From: Octopus vulgaris
Lineage: Eukaryota
Reading direction: 5' to 3'
DNA: 64,000 nucleotides
Assembly: GCA_951406725.2 (NCBI GenBank)
Contig: OX597820.1
Location: forward strand, 72,540,001 to 72,604,000
This document shows positions 12,300-24,799 of this stretch, piece by piece (position 1 is the first letter of the stretch; each line of letters begins with the position of its first letter). Under the pieces are notes generated by a model. That model saw nothing but the letters and a program-made list of their open reading frames with translations, did not search any database and was not told the origin of the DNA. Position numbers and translations under genes: made by a program.

Positions 12300-12660
12300 G
12301 ATCAATCTTCTGTGACAAAGGGAATTACTTTCGCTCTTTTATAACCCTTAGGTGATATCAGCACAGCAATAAATTTTGTGTGGGCAGGAAAACTTATGTA
12401 CAACATTAATAAATACATTCTTAAACTGTCCTCTGATGTTCACCGGTTTCCTGCATCCTCTTTTCTTCAAATATTCAGTGGTATATTCTGGGTGATATGA
12501 GTAGTATTTGATGATACCATCTTTAATCTGTTTCTTGTGTTGTGATATATTGTGTTTGATTTTGTTATGTTCCACTCTTATTACGTACAACTTAAGCCAT
12601 ATGATATAAAATATTGATATACATAACGTTTCGCTTCACTTATCAGATGATTGAACGCAT
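12300..12660 (-). mobile_element. Penelope-like relic: minimal hammerhead (12622-12649) upstream of a GIY-YIG-like peptide
   Basis: Reverse complement CAT-CTGATAAG-TGAAG-CGAAAC-GTT-ATG; ORF 12348..12590 contains NVVHKFSCP, similar to the Penelope NVVYKFxCP motif. Confidence 0.4.
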
Positions 12661-12737
12661 AATGTATTATTTACAAACATAATCTGTGCAAAACCAGATA
12701 TGGACACACAGAGACAACTATAAATTTACAATTTCCT

Positions 12738-13026
12738 TCACACACACACACACACCCATATGCAAAGACACACTCAGACACACATGTGCATGCATATACA
12801 TACACATATACATGCGCACACACACACACATTTAGAAAGAAAGGAAGAGAGAGAGGGAGAAAGAGAAGTATGTGTACATATGCATATATATTTCCATGCG
12901 TGTGTATGTATATATGTACATATAATGTGTATATGTACATATAATGTGTATATGTACATATATGCATATATATACATACATATATGTACATATATATATA
13001 TATATATATTTGTACATATATATATA

Positions 13027-13074
<48 letters not shown>

Positions 13075-13114
13075 TATACATACATACATACATGTACATA
13101 TATATATATATATG

Positions 13115-13152
<38 letters not shown>

Positions 13153-13167
13153 CATACATACATGTAC

Positions 13168-13214
<47 letters not shown>

Positions 13215-13258
13215 CATACATACATGTACATATATATATATACACACACATATGTATA
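12738..13258. repeat. Compound (TA)n/(TACA)n/(CA)n microsatellite
   Basis: Direct observation; explains six overlapping YI-rich ORFs. Confidence 0.95.
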
Positions 13259-13648
13259 TTCTTTTATTCTTTACTGACTTTGAGTTTTGGGTTGCTGCCA
13301 TACTGGGCTACAACCACCTAAGATTTTAATTGATAATATCAAACCTTGTACTTTGATCTCTTGTATTTATAGACTTTAAATGGTTTAAGTTCTAATTTGG
13401 CACTAGTGGGACACAAGACAGGCTAAATACTACACCACAGTAATTTTTGTTGCTTGGTTATTCCCCACATACACATTATTATCAGTTTCAACATCATTAT
13501 TGTTTTTAAATCTGCTTTTTCACGGTGGCATGGGTTGGATGGGTCTTTTTCAGCCAATGTTTTATCATTAGATGTTAATGTTTTTTAGTCACCTCTTATG
13601 ACATACAGGGATATGGTTTAGCTATTCTAATAATTGAGATATGCCGAG

Positions 13649-13679
<31 letters not shown>

Positions 13680-13686
<7 letters not shown>

Positions 13687-14690
13687 AAATATTAGGGAAT
13701 AAATCCAAACTTACAGGGAAAAATCAGATTTAGGATTAAATCCAATTTTATAGTATAAATATATTATATTATATTATATTATATTATATTAAATTAGAGA
13801 TAAAACCACTATTAGGCAAATCAAACAATGAAAAACATAAGCCAATACATAAAATTAATTAATTTATATTATTTTAAATATATATCAAAAGTATTAAAAG
13901 TTTAATAAAAGATAAAGAGTAAAACACTACGATCGTTTCATGGCTGTACAATTCGTAATAATTCGAGTTATGGTTACAGTCAATCTTCAGGTTAATTGAA
14001 ATATCTAAAATATAATCAGAAATATTTAAACAATATTTTTAAGATATAAATAATATAATAATTTTACTTATAATAAACTCTATTATCAAACTAGAAACAT
14101 AAAACTTAACAATTATGATTATATCAAAATCGACTATAATGTTAAATATTAATTTTAATTTATAAGGTAGGAAACCCACCAATAATCTAATATCGGTATT
14201 AGTCTATATCTAATTACATAAATATTTAAAAATGACTAATATATATAAATTATCAATGAAAATATATAAATGTATATAAATATTAAGATCTAAAATAATC
14301 TCTATAAATAAATATATATGCACATATAATAAAAACCTAATAAATTAATTTTTCAAATTTAAAGATGAAATAGCTAATTTCAAAATACAAATAAACAAAC
14401 TTAAACAAACTTTCGGAAATCTTATGTAAAATACTTATAGAAATAATCAATTCGTAGTAATATAGTATCGAATAAATACTATAAATATAATTATCAATGG
14501 GAATAACTAGCAGATATCAATTTAAAGAAATAACTAAGTTATGCTATTAAATTAGACATGGCCTGGACCAATCTTTAGTCGAAACATATCTAAGCTTATC
14601 AAAGTTTATCTAATTTAATTATAAATTTAAAACTATAATTAATACTATTAAAACATTTATATACAAAAGCCTAACTTAATACACCTCGTA
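13680..14690 (-). mobile_element. AT-rich Penelope-like terminal region with a hammerhead-like motif at 13926-13993
   Basis: Reverse complement CTGAAGA-T-TGACTGTA..TACAGCCA-T-GAAAC-GATC-GTA with palindromic helix III ACGATCGT; begins at a (TA)n tract. Confidence 0.45.
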
Positions 14691-14698
14691 TGCTTGCT

Positions 14699-15492
14699 AT
14701 CATCATCATCATCATCATCATTTAACGTCCGCTTTCCATGCTAGCATGGGTTGGACGGTTCAACTGGGGTCTGGGGAGCCCGAAAGCTGCACCAGTCCAG
14801 TCAGATCTGGCAGTGTTTCTACAGCTGGATGCCCTTCCTAACGCCAACCACTCCGAGAGTGTAGTGGGTGATTTTATGTGCCACCGACACAGGTGCCAGA
14901 CGAGGCTGGCAAACGGCCACGCTCGGATGGTGTTTTTTATGTGCCACCGACACAGGTGCCAGACGAGGCTGGCAGACGGCCACGCTCGGATGGTGTTTTT
15001 ATGTGCCACCGACACAGGTGCCAGATGAGGCTGGCAAACGGCCACGATCGGATGGTGTTTGTTACGTGCCCACAGCATGGAGGCCAGTCGATGCGGTACT
15101 GGTTACGGCCACGTTCGGATGGTTTTCTTGTGTGCCACGTGCCACCGGCACTGGTACCACAAAGATACAAATTCCATTGATGTTCATCTATTTTGATTTG
15201 TTTTGATTTTCACTTGCCTCAACAGGTCTTCACAAGTGTCACAAGAAGGAAGGTATGCACAGGTTGACTGACTACGTCCCAGGTAGGGGGCACAGGTTAT
15301 GGCCTGACTAGTCTTGCCGGGTCTTCGGATGGTGTTTTTATGTGCCACCGACACAGGTGCCAGATGAGGCTGGCGAACGTCCACGATCGGATGGTGTTTG
15401 TTACGTGCCCACAGCACGGAGGCCAGTCGGTGCGGTACTGTCTACGGCCACGTTCGGATGGTTTTCTTGTGTGCCACCGGCACTGGTACCAC
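14699..15492 (-). mobile_element. SINE-like family D with internal ~61-bp tandem units
   Basis: (CAT)n-TTTAACGTCCGCTTTCCATGCTAGCATGGGTTGGACGG..GGATGCCCTTCCTAACGCCAACC; unit ATGTGCCACCGACACAGGTGCCAGAYGAGGCTGGCAAACGGCCACGMTCGGATGGTGTTT three times plus once at 15340; CpG-rich, so probably young. Confidence 0.85.
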
Positions 15493-15842
15493 CAAATAAC
15501 AAATCTATCGCTAAGTAGTATCTTACGAATAAACTTAAATTTAATATCTAATAATATAGAAAATTACAATAATTAGATCATTACATAAACAACGATATTT
15601 ACATAAGGAAAATATTATTACACCAAAGACTTATACAATATCAAAATTTACAATTTGAAGATCTTAAATATAAATAAATACTTATCTTAGCGAGGTTTAG
15701 CAATGGACTAAAATTTTGAATCGGAAAACGTCTTTACAGCATTTATAAGAATACTCGTGGAATTACGTTATTAGCAAAAAAAAGAATAACTTGTTGAAGA
15801 ATTCATTAAGCATGATGAACCTACGCTTTATCAATATATAAA

Positions 15843-16365
15843 TACAGGGTGCAGTGAATAAACTGTCGTTTAAATAATGCAAAAATGAAAATGACACCAA
15901 CATCTCATTTTAACAGATATATTTAGCAAAATTACATAAAAATATCTTGAAATACTAAAGAGTAAATTTATTCAATAAAATCACTATTGGCTTCAACCAT
16001 GGCCTCCAGATGACTTTGGAATCTCCTGCAACTGTTCTAGATGGTCTCCTTGTTTAACTTGGTGAATGCTGCCATAATCCTTGCCTTCAGTTCATCTTTG
16101 GTGTTACAAGGAGTTTTGTTAGCCACTCACTCAACAGCAACCCACACATAATAATCAAGTGGGTTGCAGTCTGGGGAGTTAGGTGACCAGATGTTAGGGG
16201 TGATGTGATTGCAGAAATTGTCTACTTGTGTGGCATGGTGCAGAGCCCTGTTGTCAGACGTAGGGTTTTCCAGCAGTCACTCTCATGACCCAGGGCAGCA
16301 TTACCTCCTCCAGGCACTTGATGTAGGCCTCTTAACTCCCCAGACTGCAACCCCCTTGATTACGA
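15843..16365 (-). mobile_element. Tc1/mariner-superfamily (maT/DD37D-like) transposase 3' fragment with TIR
   Basis: Reverse-complement translation NIWSPNSPDCNPLDYYVW..TKDELKARIMAAF.. and QQGSAPCHTSR; TA-CAGGGTG terminus at 15843; in-frame stops. Confidence 0.85.
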
Positions 16366-16477
16366 GGTCACAACAACCAACAAGAGTAAACAAGAGAGAC
16401 TGAGACAGGCAAAAACAAGGAAAATGCTCCTTGTATTTGAATACTATGCAAATATTCTTCGAAAATACTTTTCATTC

Positions 16478-16600
16478 AACCTAAGTGATACGCACGGACT
16501 GCAGTTTCTAGGTATTTGCCTGTCTTTGGCGTACGGCAATCACCGGTTTTCGATGAACTGCAGTTTCTAGGTATTTGCCTCTCCCTTTATCGAAAACTTT
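16478..16600. mobile_element. Helitron-related fragment (same family as 32660-32740)
   Basis: AACCTAAGTGATACGCACGGACT..CACCGGTTTTCGATGA is shared with 32660-32740. Confidence 0.55.
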
Positions 16601-16640
16601 TCATTTAATTTTTCCAAAATTTAATTGTTTTCCATACTTA

Positions 16641-16676
16641 CAGTTGAAAAAGCCTCAATGACTGAAACTGGTACTG
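16641..16676 (+). ncRNA. Decayed minimal hammerhead-like motif
   Basis: CAG-TTGAAAA-AGCC-TCAAT-GACT-GAAAC-TG-GTA-CTG; helix I CAG/CTG; core mutated. Confidence 0.3.
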
Positions 16677-16727
16677 AAATGTTTTTTATAAAATTATTTT
16701 AGCATTTTCTACCTTGTCTTTTTTTCC

Positions 16728-16762
<35 letters not shown>

Positions 16763-18702
16763 GGAGAGAGGAGGAAAGAGAAATGAACAACGAGTTTGGT
16801 ATAAATTTAGATAAGAAAGTAAAGATATACTAAATACTATACAAGATGAATTCCTGGTTTATAGAAAACATCTTTATATCAAGAAAATGTAAATAAACAT
16901 CATGTCACACTCCAAATGAGAGGGAGATTTTAGCTAAAGAAATCAACACCAATTTACTGAATTCAAATGGTATAAAAGAAAAAACAATTTTTTTTTCTTT
17001 CTGGCAGGAGAACAGCTGGATGACAGGGCATTGATAGAGTTGATAGAAACCTGATAAAAAATTTCCTGTAGTATTTTATGATTCACTTTACATTCTGGGT
17101 TCAAATCCTGCTGAGTTCAACTCTGCTTATTCCTCTACTTGGAGTGATAAAATAAAAATTGATTACAATTTAAATATTAGATTTTAATCAAGTGACCTTT
17201 GTCTCCAGAATAGTAGATTAGAGGGCAAGTTAGTGATCAAATTAGAAAAGACAATTAAAAAACTCATTAACAATGGGATCATGGCAACAATGACCTTCAA
17301 TGCAAAATACAAATATAAAATTGTGAAATATCTTATGCATACTCTTAAATACAAAGGAATGAAAGTCATTTGATAGGCCACAGTGGTAGAAATTCAATGT
17401 GGGTAACAGAGTCACAATTAGTCTTTGATGAAAAGGTTCAGGCCTGTATGACTCGATTCATTGCAGATGTGTGTGGTTTGCTGGGGACATTTTGCACAAC
17501 TGTTCTAGGCAGGTGGTTGACTGATAATAGACTTTAGAGCCTGTGTGGATGGTTTCTTACAGCTGTTGGCTGTTGCAGAGTGGTTGTGTAAAGTCTATAG
17601 TAGCAACTGAGATACAGCTGGCATTAAGTGGCTGTATGAGGGACAAATCATCCAGTTTGGATGGTCTGCCTTGCAAATCTTGTTCATTGAAGTCTTGGCA
17701 GATGTCTACTGCAACTAACAGTAGAATGGGGGAATTACCATTTCTGTGGCCTGAGGAGTGGTAACACTTTTGTAAAAAGGGTACAGACAAAGAAGAGTAA
17801 CTTATCATTCCAGTTTTATAACTTCTCAAGACTAATGGCATTTATGTTCCAGGAATCTAATCTAAACAGTCAGTGGGAAAAAAAAGTGTTAAAAAGTCAC
17901 CAAATCATTTCATATTTGACTTTTATTGCTTGAACTACTGTAATATCATCTTTTTATCTTTTTAATATGAGGGGACACCAACGAAGGCAACCACAAGTTG
18001 CTGGCCCCTTCATGTACAAGAAGGGTTATTTTAATAAGACTTGTTAGAAATTACTTCGTTTTTATTGATTCAAGTAAGTTTAGTGTTATTTTACTACATT
18101 ATGCATCCATATATATTTTTTCAGTTTATGTGGTATTTCAAAGGAATGATTAGTTTTTGTAAATATTTATTTAGGGAAATTGCAACTCTAGGACAACACA
18201 ATGACAGCAGGTATATTTAGAGAATAAATACAGTGTTTCCCAACAGACTTTTATCTCATCATGTATTGAATTCCTATAATGCTGGAGGATATTTGCTGTA
18301 AAAAAATTACGACTAAATTTTGTTTTATCTTATTTGTGTGTATGTGTCTGAGTATGTGTATGTAAGTGTGTGTGTGTGTGGTCGCTTATGTTTGCACTTA
18401 TCTGAAAATCACTGAACTACAAACAATAAGGTTGCTGTCATTTCCCCTTTCAGCAAATCGTTCACTGACATTGAGCTTTTGAAAACTTGTTGAATAAGAA
18501 TTCTTTTACTTGAAAAACAGGTAAGCATTAAAAACAAGAAGGCCATCTAAGTGTAAAGCTATGTCTCAATAAAATATTTATCTAACCCATGCTAGCATAG
18601 AAAAATGGACATAAAAATAAAGGAGTGAATATTTTCCCCAGCCAAATTTGAACAAACAATGACACAAAAAGTTATCTGAATGTCACAAAAAAAATATATA
18701 TA

Positions 18703-18865
18703 TAGGCACAGGAATGGCTATGTGGTAAGAAGTTTACTTCCCAAGTACATGGTTTGGGGTTCAGTCCCACTGCATGGCACCTTTGGCAAATGTCTTCCAT
18801 TATTACCCCAGATCAACCAGAGTGTTGTAAGTAGCTTTAGTTGACAGAAACTGAAATGAGCATGT

Positions 18866-18898
<33 letters not shown>

Positions 18899-18928
18899 TA
18901 TGTGTGTGTGTATGTATATATATTTGTA

Positions 18929-18991
<63 letters not shown>

Positions 18992-19050
18992 TTATTATGT
19001 GTGTGTTTGTATGTATATATATTTGTGTGTGTGTGTGTGTATATATATTA
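18703..19050 (+). mobile_element. SINE family B 5' part followed by (TA/TG)n
   Basis: GGCACAGGAATGGCTATGTGGTAAGAAG..GGTTCAGTCCCACTGCATGGCACC. Confidence 0.75.
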
Positions 19051-19247
19051 TTAATTAAATACATTCTATTAGAATATTATACACTGAATTTATAATGAGT
19101 GCTCTTTGTATAAAATGCATTGATTAAATTTCTAAGCTGTCATGTTTCATATATTTATATATATTTTTATATAATACTATTTTAGACATATATATCTTCG
19201 TGAGAAATTTTTGATATTGAATTTCATGCTATTATTTCCAAAATACA

Positions 19248-19287
<40 letters not shown>

Positions 19288-19354
19288 AACTTACATTGAA
19301 AATCAACAAAGTTTGCTTCAGAAGTGTTGAGATGTACTGAAAGATAAGGAAATA

Positions 19355-19632
19355 ATTTTATTTTCAAAAACAGGAAAATGCTAATAGTATAGCATGAACA
19401 GGATAAGCTATCCATATTGTGCAGAAAAGTCTGGCGGTAGCCAGTAATGAGACTCAAACTCACATCCCTATGATTACACGTCAAATGCTTTATCATTAAG
19501 CTAATCTACCCACCGACAAACTCTTCTGCAATTTTAGGATATATAAGTCAAGCTTTATAAGACACGTAATTACAGGGATGTGAGTTCAAATCTCATACTA
19601 TATTATTAGCATTATCCTGCATTTGAGAATTA
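19355..19632. repeat. Inverted repeat containing two head-to-head tRNA-like sequences
   Basis: ATGAGACTCAAACTCACATCCCTATGATTACACGTC (19449) versus GACACGTAATTACAGGGATGTGAGTTCAAATCTCAT (19561); outer arms CAGGAAAATGCTAATAGTATAG / CTATATTATTAGCATTATCCTG. Confidence 0.7.
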
Positions 19633-19959
19633 TATATATATATATATATAAAATATATATAGAATTAAGAGACAGAACCGCCATAAAGTGATTCAATTAA
19701 TAATGAAAGATATTATCTATTACAAAATATAAATTTAAATATATTATTATTAATATTGTACTAAAAATTTCTATACTAAATTATACAAATTATATATATA
19801 TAAGAAACTAGTTAAAAAATAATGGTCATTAGATATTTTTCTTTCAGTGAAGCAAATTTGAGGTTACAGCTGTTTCCAGGAGTCATTATAGCTACATTAC
19901 TGATAGGTTTATTCAATTAGTCTATTGATCAATTGAGGAAAATTGAATGACCTATATAT

Positions 19960-20160
19960 ATCATCATCATCATCATCATTTAACATTTGTTGTCTATGCT
20001 GGTATGGGCTGAATGGTTTGACTAGGGCTGGTAAGCTGGAAGGCTGCACCAGACTTCAGTCTGATATGGCATGGTTTTCTACAGCTAGATGCCCTTCCTA
20101 ACACCAATCACTCCAAGAGTGTAATGGGTGCTTTTACGTGCCATTTGCATGACACCAGTA
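19960..20160 (-). mobile_element. SINE-like family D
   Basis: (CAT)n..GATGCCCTTCCTAACACCAATCACTCC. Confidence 0.75.
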
Positions 20161-20627
20161 TCTATAAAATTGAACGACCTGTATATGTGTGTGTGCTCAC
20201 ATGCACATGCATGTATGTGGGTGAGCATGCATTATGTGTGTGTGTGTGTTTCTCCCCCACCACTGCTTGGAAACTAGCGTTTGTCTATGGTTCAGTCTAG
20301 TAGTATAAGTACTGGAGTTGGTTTGTTTGACAAACCCTTCAAAGTGCTGCCCCAGCATGGCCACAATCTAACAGCTTAATTAAGAAAAAGATGAAAGTTA
20401 AAGATAAACATGTATGCCTGTGTTTGTGCTTCTGTCTCTGTGTCTGACATTGTGTGACAGTTGTAAGTGAGTGTCACCATCATACAAGCGGTGTTTTCTT
20501 AATTCCCAATCTTCCACGGAAACATGTTTAGTCGTGGGGGAAATATTAACCAAACTTGAAAACAGGTGAGAGTTGGTGACAGGAAGAGAATTGCTTCAAT
20601 GAACTGTCTAAAGATGGAACCCAAAAC

Positions 20628-21035
20628 TAGGTGCAGGAGGGGCTGTGCGGTAAGTAGCTTGCTTACCAACTACATGGTTCTGGGTTCAGTCCCACTTTGT
20701 GGCACCTTGAGCAAGTGTCTTCTACTATAGCCTCGGGCCAACCAAAGTCTTGTGAGTGGATTTGGTAGACGGAAACTGAAAGAAGCCTGTCGTATACATG
20801 TATATGTATATATATGTGTGTGTGTGTGTGTCTGTGTTTGTCCCCCCAACATCGCTTGACAGTCGATGCTGGTATGTATACATCCCCATAACTTCACAGT
20901 TCGGCAAAAGAAACCGATTGAATAAGTACTAGGCTTACAATGAATAAGTCCTGGGGTTGATTTGCTTGACTAAAGGCGGTGCTCCAGCATGGCCACAGTC
21001 AAAATGACTAAATCAAGTAAAAGAGTAAAAGAGAG
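20628..21035 (+). mobile_element. SINE family B, full length
   Basis: GGCTGTGCGGTAAGTAGC..GGTTCAGTCCCAC..GGCACCTTGAGCAAGTGTCTTCTACTATAGCC..CAGCATGGCCACAGTC..GTAAAAGAG. Confidence 0.9.
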
Positions 21036-21042
21036 AGTATAG

Positions 21043-21182
21043 AGAATATTTTCAAAAATACTTGTCTCAAAAATTTTTGTTTCAGTATATTGTCTCTGTC
21101 TCAAAATATTCGTCTCAATATTTTCAAAAATATTTGTCTCAATATTTTCAAAAATATTTGTCACAAAAAATTTCTCTCAATA
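21043..21182. repeat. ~24-bp minisatellite AATATTTTCAAAAATATTTGTCTC
   Basis: About 5 degenerate units; explains the TNIFENIE-repeat ORF. Confidence 0.8.
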
Positions 21183-21339
21183 AATTTTTCCTCTGAGCCA
21201 TGAAAGCATAGAAAAGTGATTGTTAAAATGATGATGGTGGTGATGATGAATTCAAAGTGTGTTATGTCATTGGGTGATGTTTATATGGAGTTTGTGTTTA
21301 GGGTATTCTACAGATGAGGTAAAAACAATATGATTTGTA

Positions 21340-21980
21340 TTCATCATCATCATCATCGTTATCATATAACAACCGTTTTCCATGCAGGCATGGGTTGGAC
21401 GGTTTGAAAGGAGCTGTCCAGCCAGAGTGCTGTACCAGATTCTGGTTGTCTGTTTTGGCATGGTTTCTATGGCTTGATGCTCTTCTTAATGCCAACCACT
21501 TTACAGAGCGTACTGAGTGATTTTCATGTGGTGCCACTAGCGCTACTTTTCATGAGGCACAAACACAGGCACATGGCACCTGTAAAGGCGCTTTTTATGT
21601 GGTACCAGTAGAGGGGCTTTTTACGTGGTGCCAGCACATGTGATTTTTACATGGCACCAGCACAGGTACATTTTATGTTACACCAACATTGGCACTTTTT
21701 ATGTGGCACCAGCACATGTACTTTTTACATGGCGCCAGCAGAAGTGCTTTTTTTGGGGCACCAGCACATGTACTTTTTATGTGACAGCACTGGTGCTTTT
21801 TACATGGTGCCTGCAGAAGTGCTTTTTATGTGGCACCAGCACAAGTGCTTTTTACGTGGCACCAGCACAGCTGCTTTTTACCTGGTGCCAAAACATGTGC
21901 TTTTTACATAGTGCCAGCACAAGTACTTTTTATGTAGTACCAGCACATGTTCTTTTTATGTGGCACAAACATAGGTGTCA
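21340..21980 (-). mobile_element. SINE-like family D with an expanded ~23-bp minisatellite (21520-21980)
   Basis: Unit approximately TTTTTATGTGGCACCAGCACATGTGC, about 18-20 degenerate copies. Confidence 0.8.
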
Positions 21981-22524
21981 CATACTAATCGGACACAATG
22001 TGCCATTAGCCAGCTGAAGGAGATGTCCTCCTGGGGCTAAAAAACAACAGTAGCATCGTCTTCTATGGGATCGCCACATTTAGCTGGCACTTATATTTCA
22101 CAATCATCATCATCATATATGACATTAAATGAGGATGATATATATCATGTGTATACATGCACACACACACACACACACACAATGGGCTTTCACACAGCTT
22201 TTGTTTACCAAATTCATTCCCAAGACTATAGCAGAAGACACTTGTCCAAGATGCTTCGAAGTGGGACTGAACCCATAACCATTCAGTTGCACAGCAAGCT
22301 TATTTAAACATCCAGCCATGCCCATTCCTTCGCTGCAATCTTTGTAAGTGCTGTTTACACTTCCATGCTTCACATCCTCTGTTTATTTCCATTTCAAATT
22401 CTTTCTTATTTTGATGCTCTCATGATTGCTTCCAAGGATGATGTTTTGATCGGAATGGAGATCAATATTGGTAGGAGAACACTGACATTTTCTTTCCTGT
22501 CCTTGATTATTGCATCTGGACAAA

Positions 22525-22880
22525 TTCATCTTCATCTCCTTATCATCATCATTATCATTGTCCTCCTCCTATTCCTCCTCCTCACCATCATCATCAACAT
22601 CATCACTACCAACATCACCACCCACTACAACCACCACCACTATCACCATAATGACAATGCCCACTACCACTACCATCATCATCATTATTATCGTGGCCAT
22701 TGTCATCATTGTCCTCATCAGTAGCAGCAGCACCATTGTCACCACAACTGTTGTTATTGCTGTCATTATCATCATCATCATCATCATGCCACTGCCACCA
22801 CTGCTGCTCCCACTAGCACCACAACAACCACCACTGCTATCATCATCATCATTGTCATCATCATCATCATCACCATTGCA
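22525..22880. repeat. Degenerate (CAT/CAC)n low-complexity tract
   Basis: Direct observation. Confidence 0.9.
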
Positions 22881-23421
22881 TTCGTGTTTTTGCTGTTGTT
22901 TGGCCTTGGCTGATCAAGACCAAGCCCAACCGTGCCACTCCACCCATAACCATCCTGTTATTTTGCACATATATGGAACTATTCTATCCAATGTGTTTTT
23001 GTATCTTTTAAAGCAGCCATTTGTGACTTAAGATAGATTTGACGGGTATTGCTGTTAAGTCAAGCAATAACAATCGACATGTAGTGGGATTAATCTTGTA
23101 ACATGTCAAAATTTTATTTGTGGCTTTTACCACTTACAGAATATTTATTTGGTGTATGTTGGGAGGGTCGGTATGCCAATAATAAACACATGCACTGGTT
23201 CAATTTCGGTTCTTTAGTTTCATTCACCAATTGGTTAACTATTTAGCCAATAACTAATTAATTGTCTGATTGACCATTTGGTTAATCAATCAATCAATCA
23301 GTCAGTTATATTTGCCAAAGTCCTTTTGTTACTATTCATGCCCTCATCAATGACATACTCTCTCCATTGTAGGTCAAAGAAGTGAAAAAGAACCAGTGTG
23401 TATGTTCATTATTATATCTAT

Positions 23422-23465
<44 letters not shown>

Positions 23466-23486
23466 ATGAATGTGTGTTTCTGTATG

Positions 23487-23539
<53 letters not shown>

Positions 23540-23664
23540 CAAATAAGAAAATGGAGAAACAATTTAGTTGGTTCATCAGCTTTAGAATGTTGACTTATTT
23601 ATTCATTTAACAAAAACGAGAATCTTACTAACATACATATATACATTATAATTCAATACATATG

Positions 23665-23699
<35 letters not shown>

Positions 23700-23700
23700 T

Positions 23701-23900
23701 ATATAGAAAATAGTAAAAAGTGAAAAAACTACAGAAGGCTTGTTTTGAAAGGTTAAAAAATATATAGTTGTGTCATTATGTCAGAAGAATGTTATAAATT
23801 TTTTTCATACAGTGACATAGTTTTTGAAGAAATTACCGGTTTCATGTATAACTTTTCAAATTTCTCAAAACATTGTTATGATTTCGTTCGTTAATTAATA

Positions 23901-23931
<31 letters not shown>

Positions 23932-24140
23932 CATTGTTATGATTTCTTAACGAATGAAATCATAACAATGTTTTGAGAAATTTGAAAAGTTATACACGAA
24001 ACCAGTAATTTCTTCAAAAATTATGTCACTGTATGAAAAAATTTTATAACATTCTTCTGACATAATGACTCAAATATATATTTTTTAACCTTTTAAAACA
24101 AGCCTTCTGTAGTTTTTTCACTTTTTATTATTTTCTATAT
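23701..24140. repeat. 194-bp near-perfect inverted repeat (23701-23894 / 23947-24140) in a (TA)n context
   Basis: Arms align with few mismatches; the spacer is (TACA)n plus a 15-nt duplication; contains the hammerhead 3' half CGAAAC-CA-GTA. Confidence 0.95.
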
Positions 24141-24175
24141 ATTCAACCACGTGCTTTCACACACCAACTTTCTCA

Positions 24176-24212
<37 letters not shown>

Positions 24213-24214
24213 GC

Positions 24215-24247
<33 letters not shown>

Positions 24248-24251
<4 letters not shown>

Positions 24252-24541
24252 CACATGGCCTTGTGGTTAGGGTGTTGCACTCACAATCGCCAGGTTGTGG
24301 GTTCAATTCCCACAAGAACACCATGTTCTTGTGCAAAACACTTCATTTCATGTTGCTCCAGTCCACTCAACCGTAAACGTGTTACACTGCAACAGAAAAG
24401 CCTTCCAATCAGGGAGAATGTTAGCCCATTTGGCTCATCAGCAGGGTGGTATCATTCAAAAAGCTAAAATGATGCAAAGCGCATTGTGACCAGTGATGTA
24501 TAACAACATCCAATAGTCTGGTCAATGACATGATCACATTG

Positions 24542-24570
<29 letters not shown>
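24248..24570 (+). mobile_element. SINE with family C head and (TGTA)n tail
   Basis: GCACATGGCCTTGTGGTTAGGGTG..GGTTCAATTCC..TTGCTCCAGTCCACTCA. Confidence 0.7.
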
Positions 24571-24572
<2 letters not shown>

Positions 24573-24799
24573 TATTAATTATAGAGCATGTATTATAGAT
24601 TTCAAGAAGCAGTAGATCATCCAACAAAATGCCTAGCAGTATTTATTTTTGGCCCTTTTTGTTCTGAGTTCAAATTCTGTTGAAATTAACTTTGGTCTTT
24701 CATCCTAGGGTTGATATAATCAGTCAATCCTGCTCCAAAATGAGGTGTCTTGTTCAGATTAAAAATCCTTCTGATGTGTATATTAAGACATTTGATGTA

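Noticed and set aside
14870-15490. CRISPR-like array
   Set aside because: Contiguous tandem units without unique spacers, inside a eukaryotic SINE-like repeat, and no cas genes
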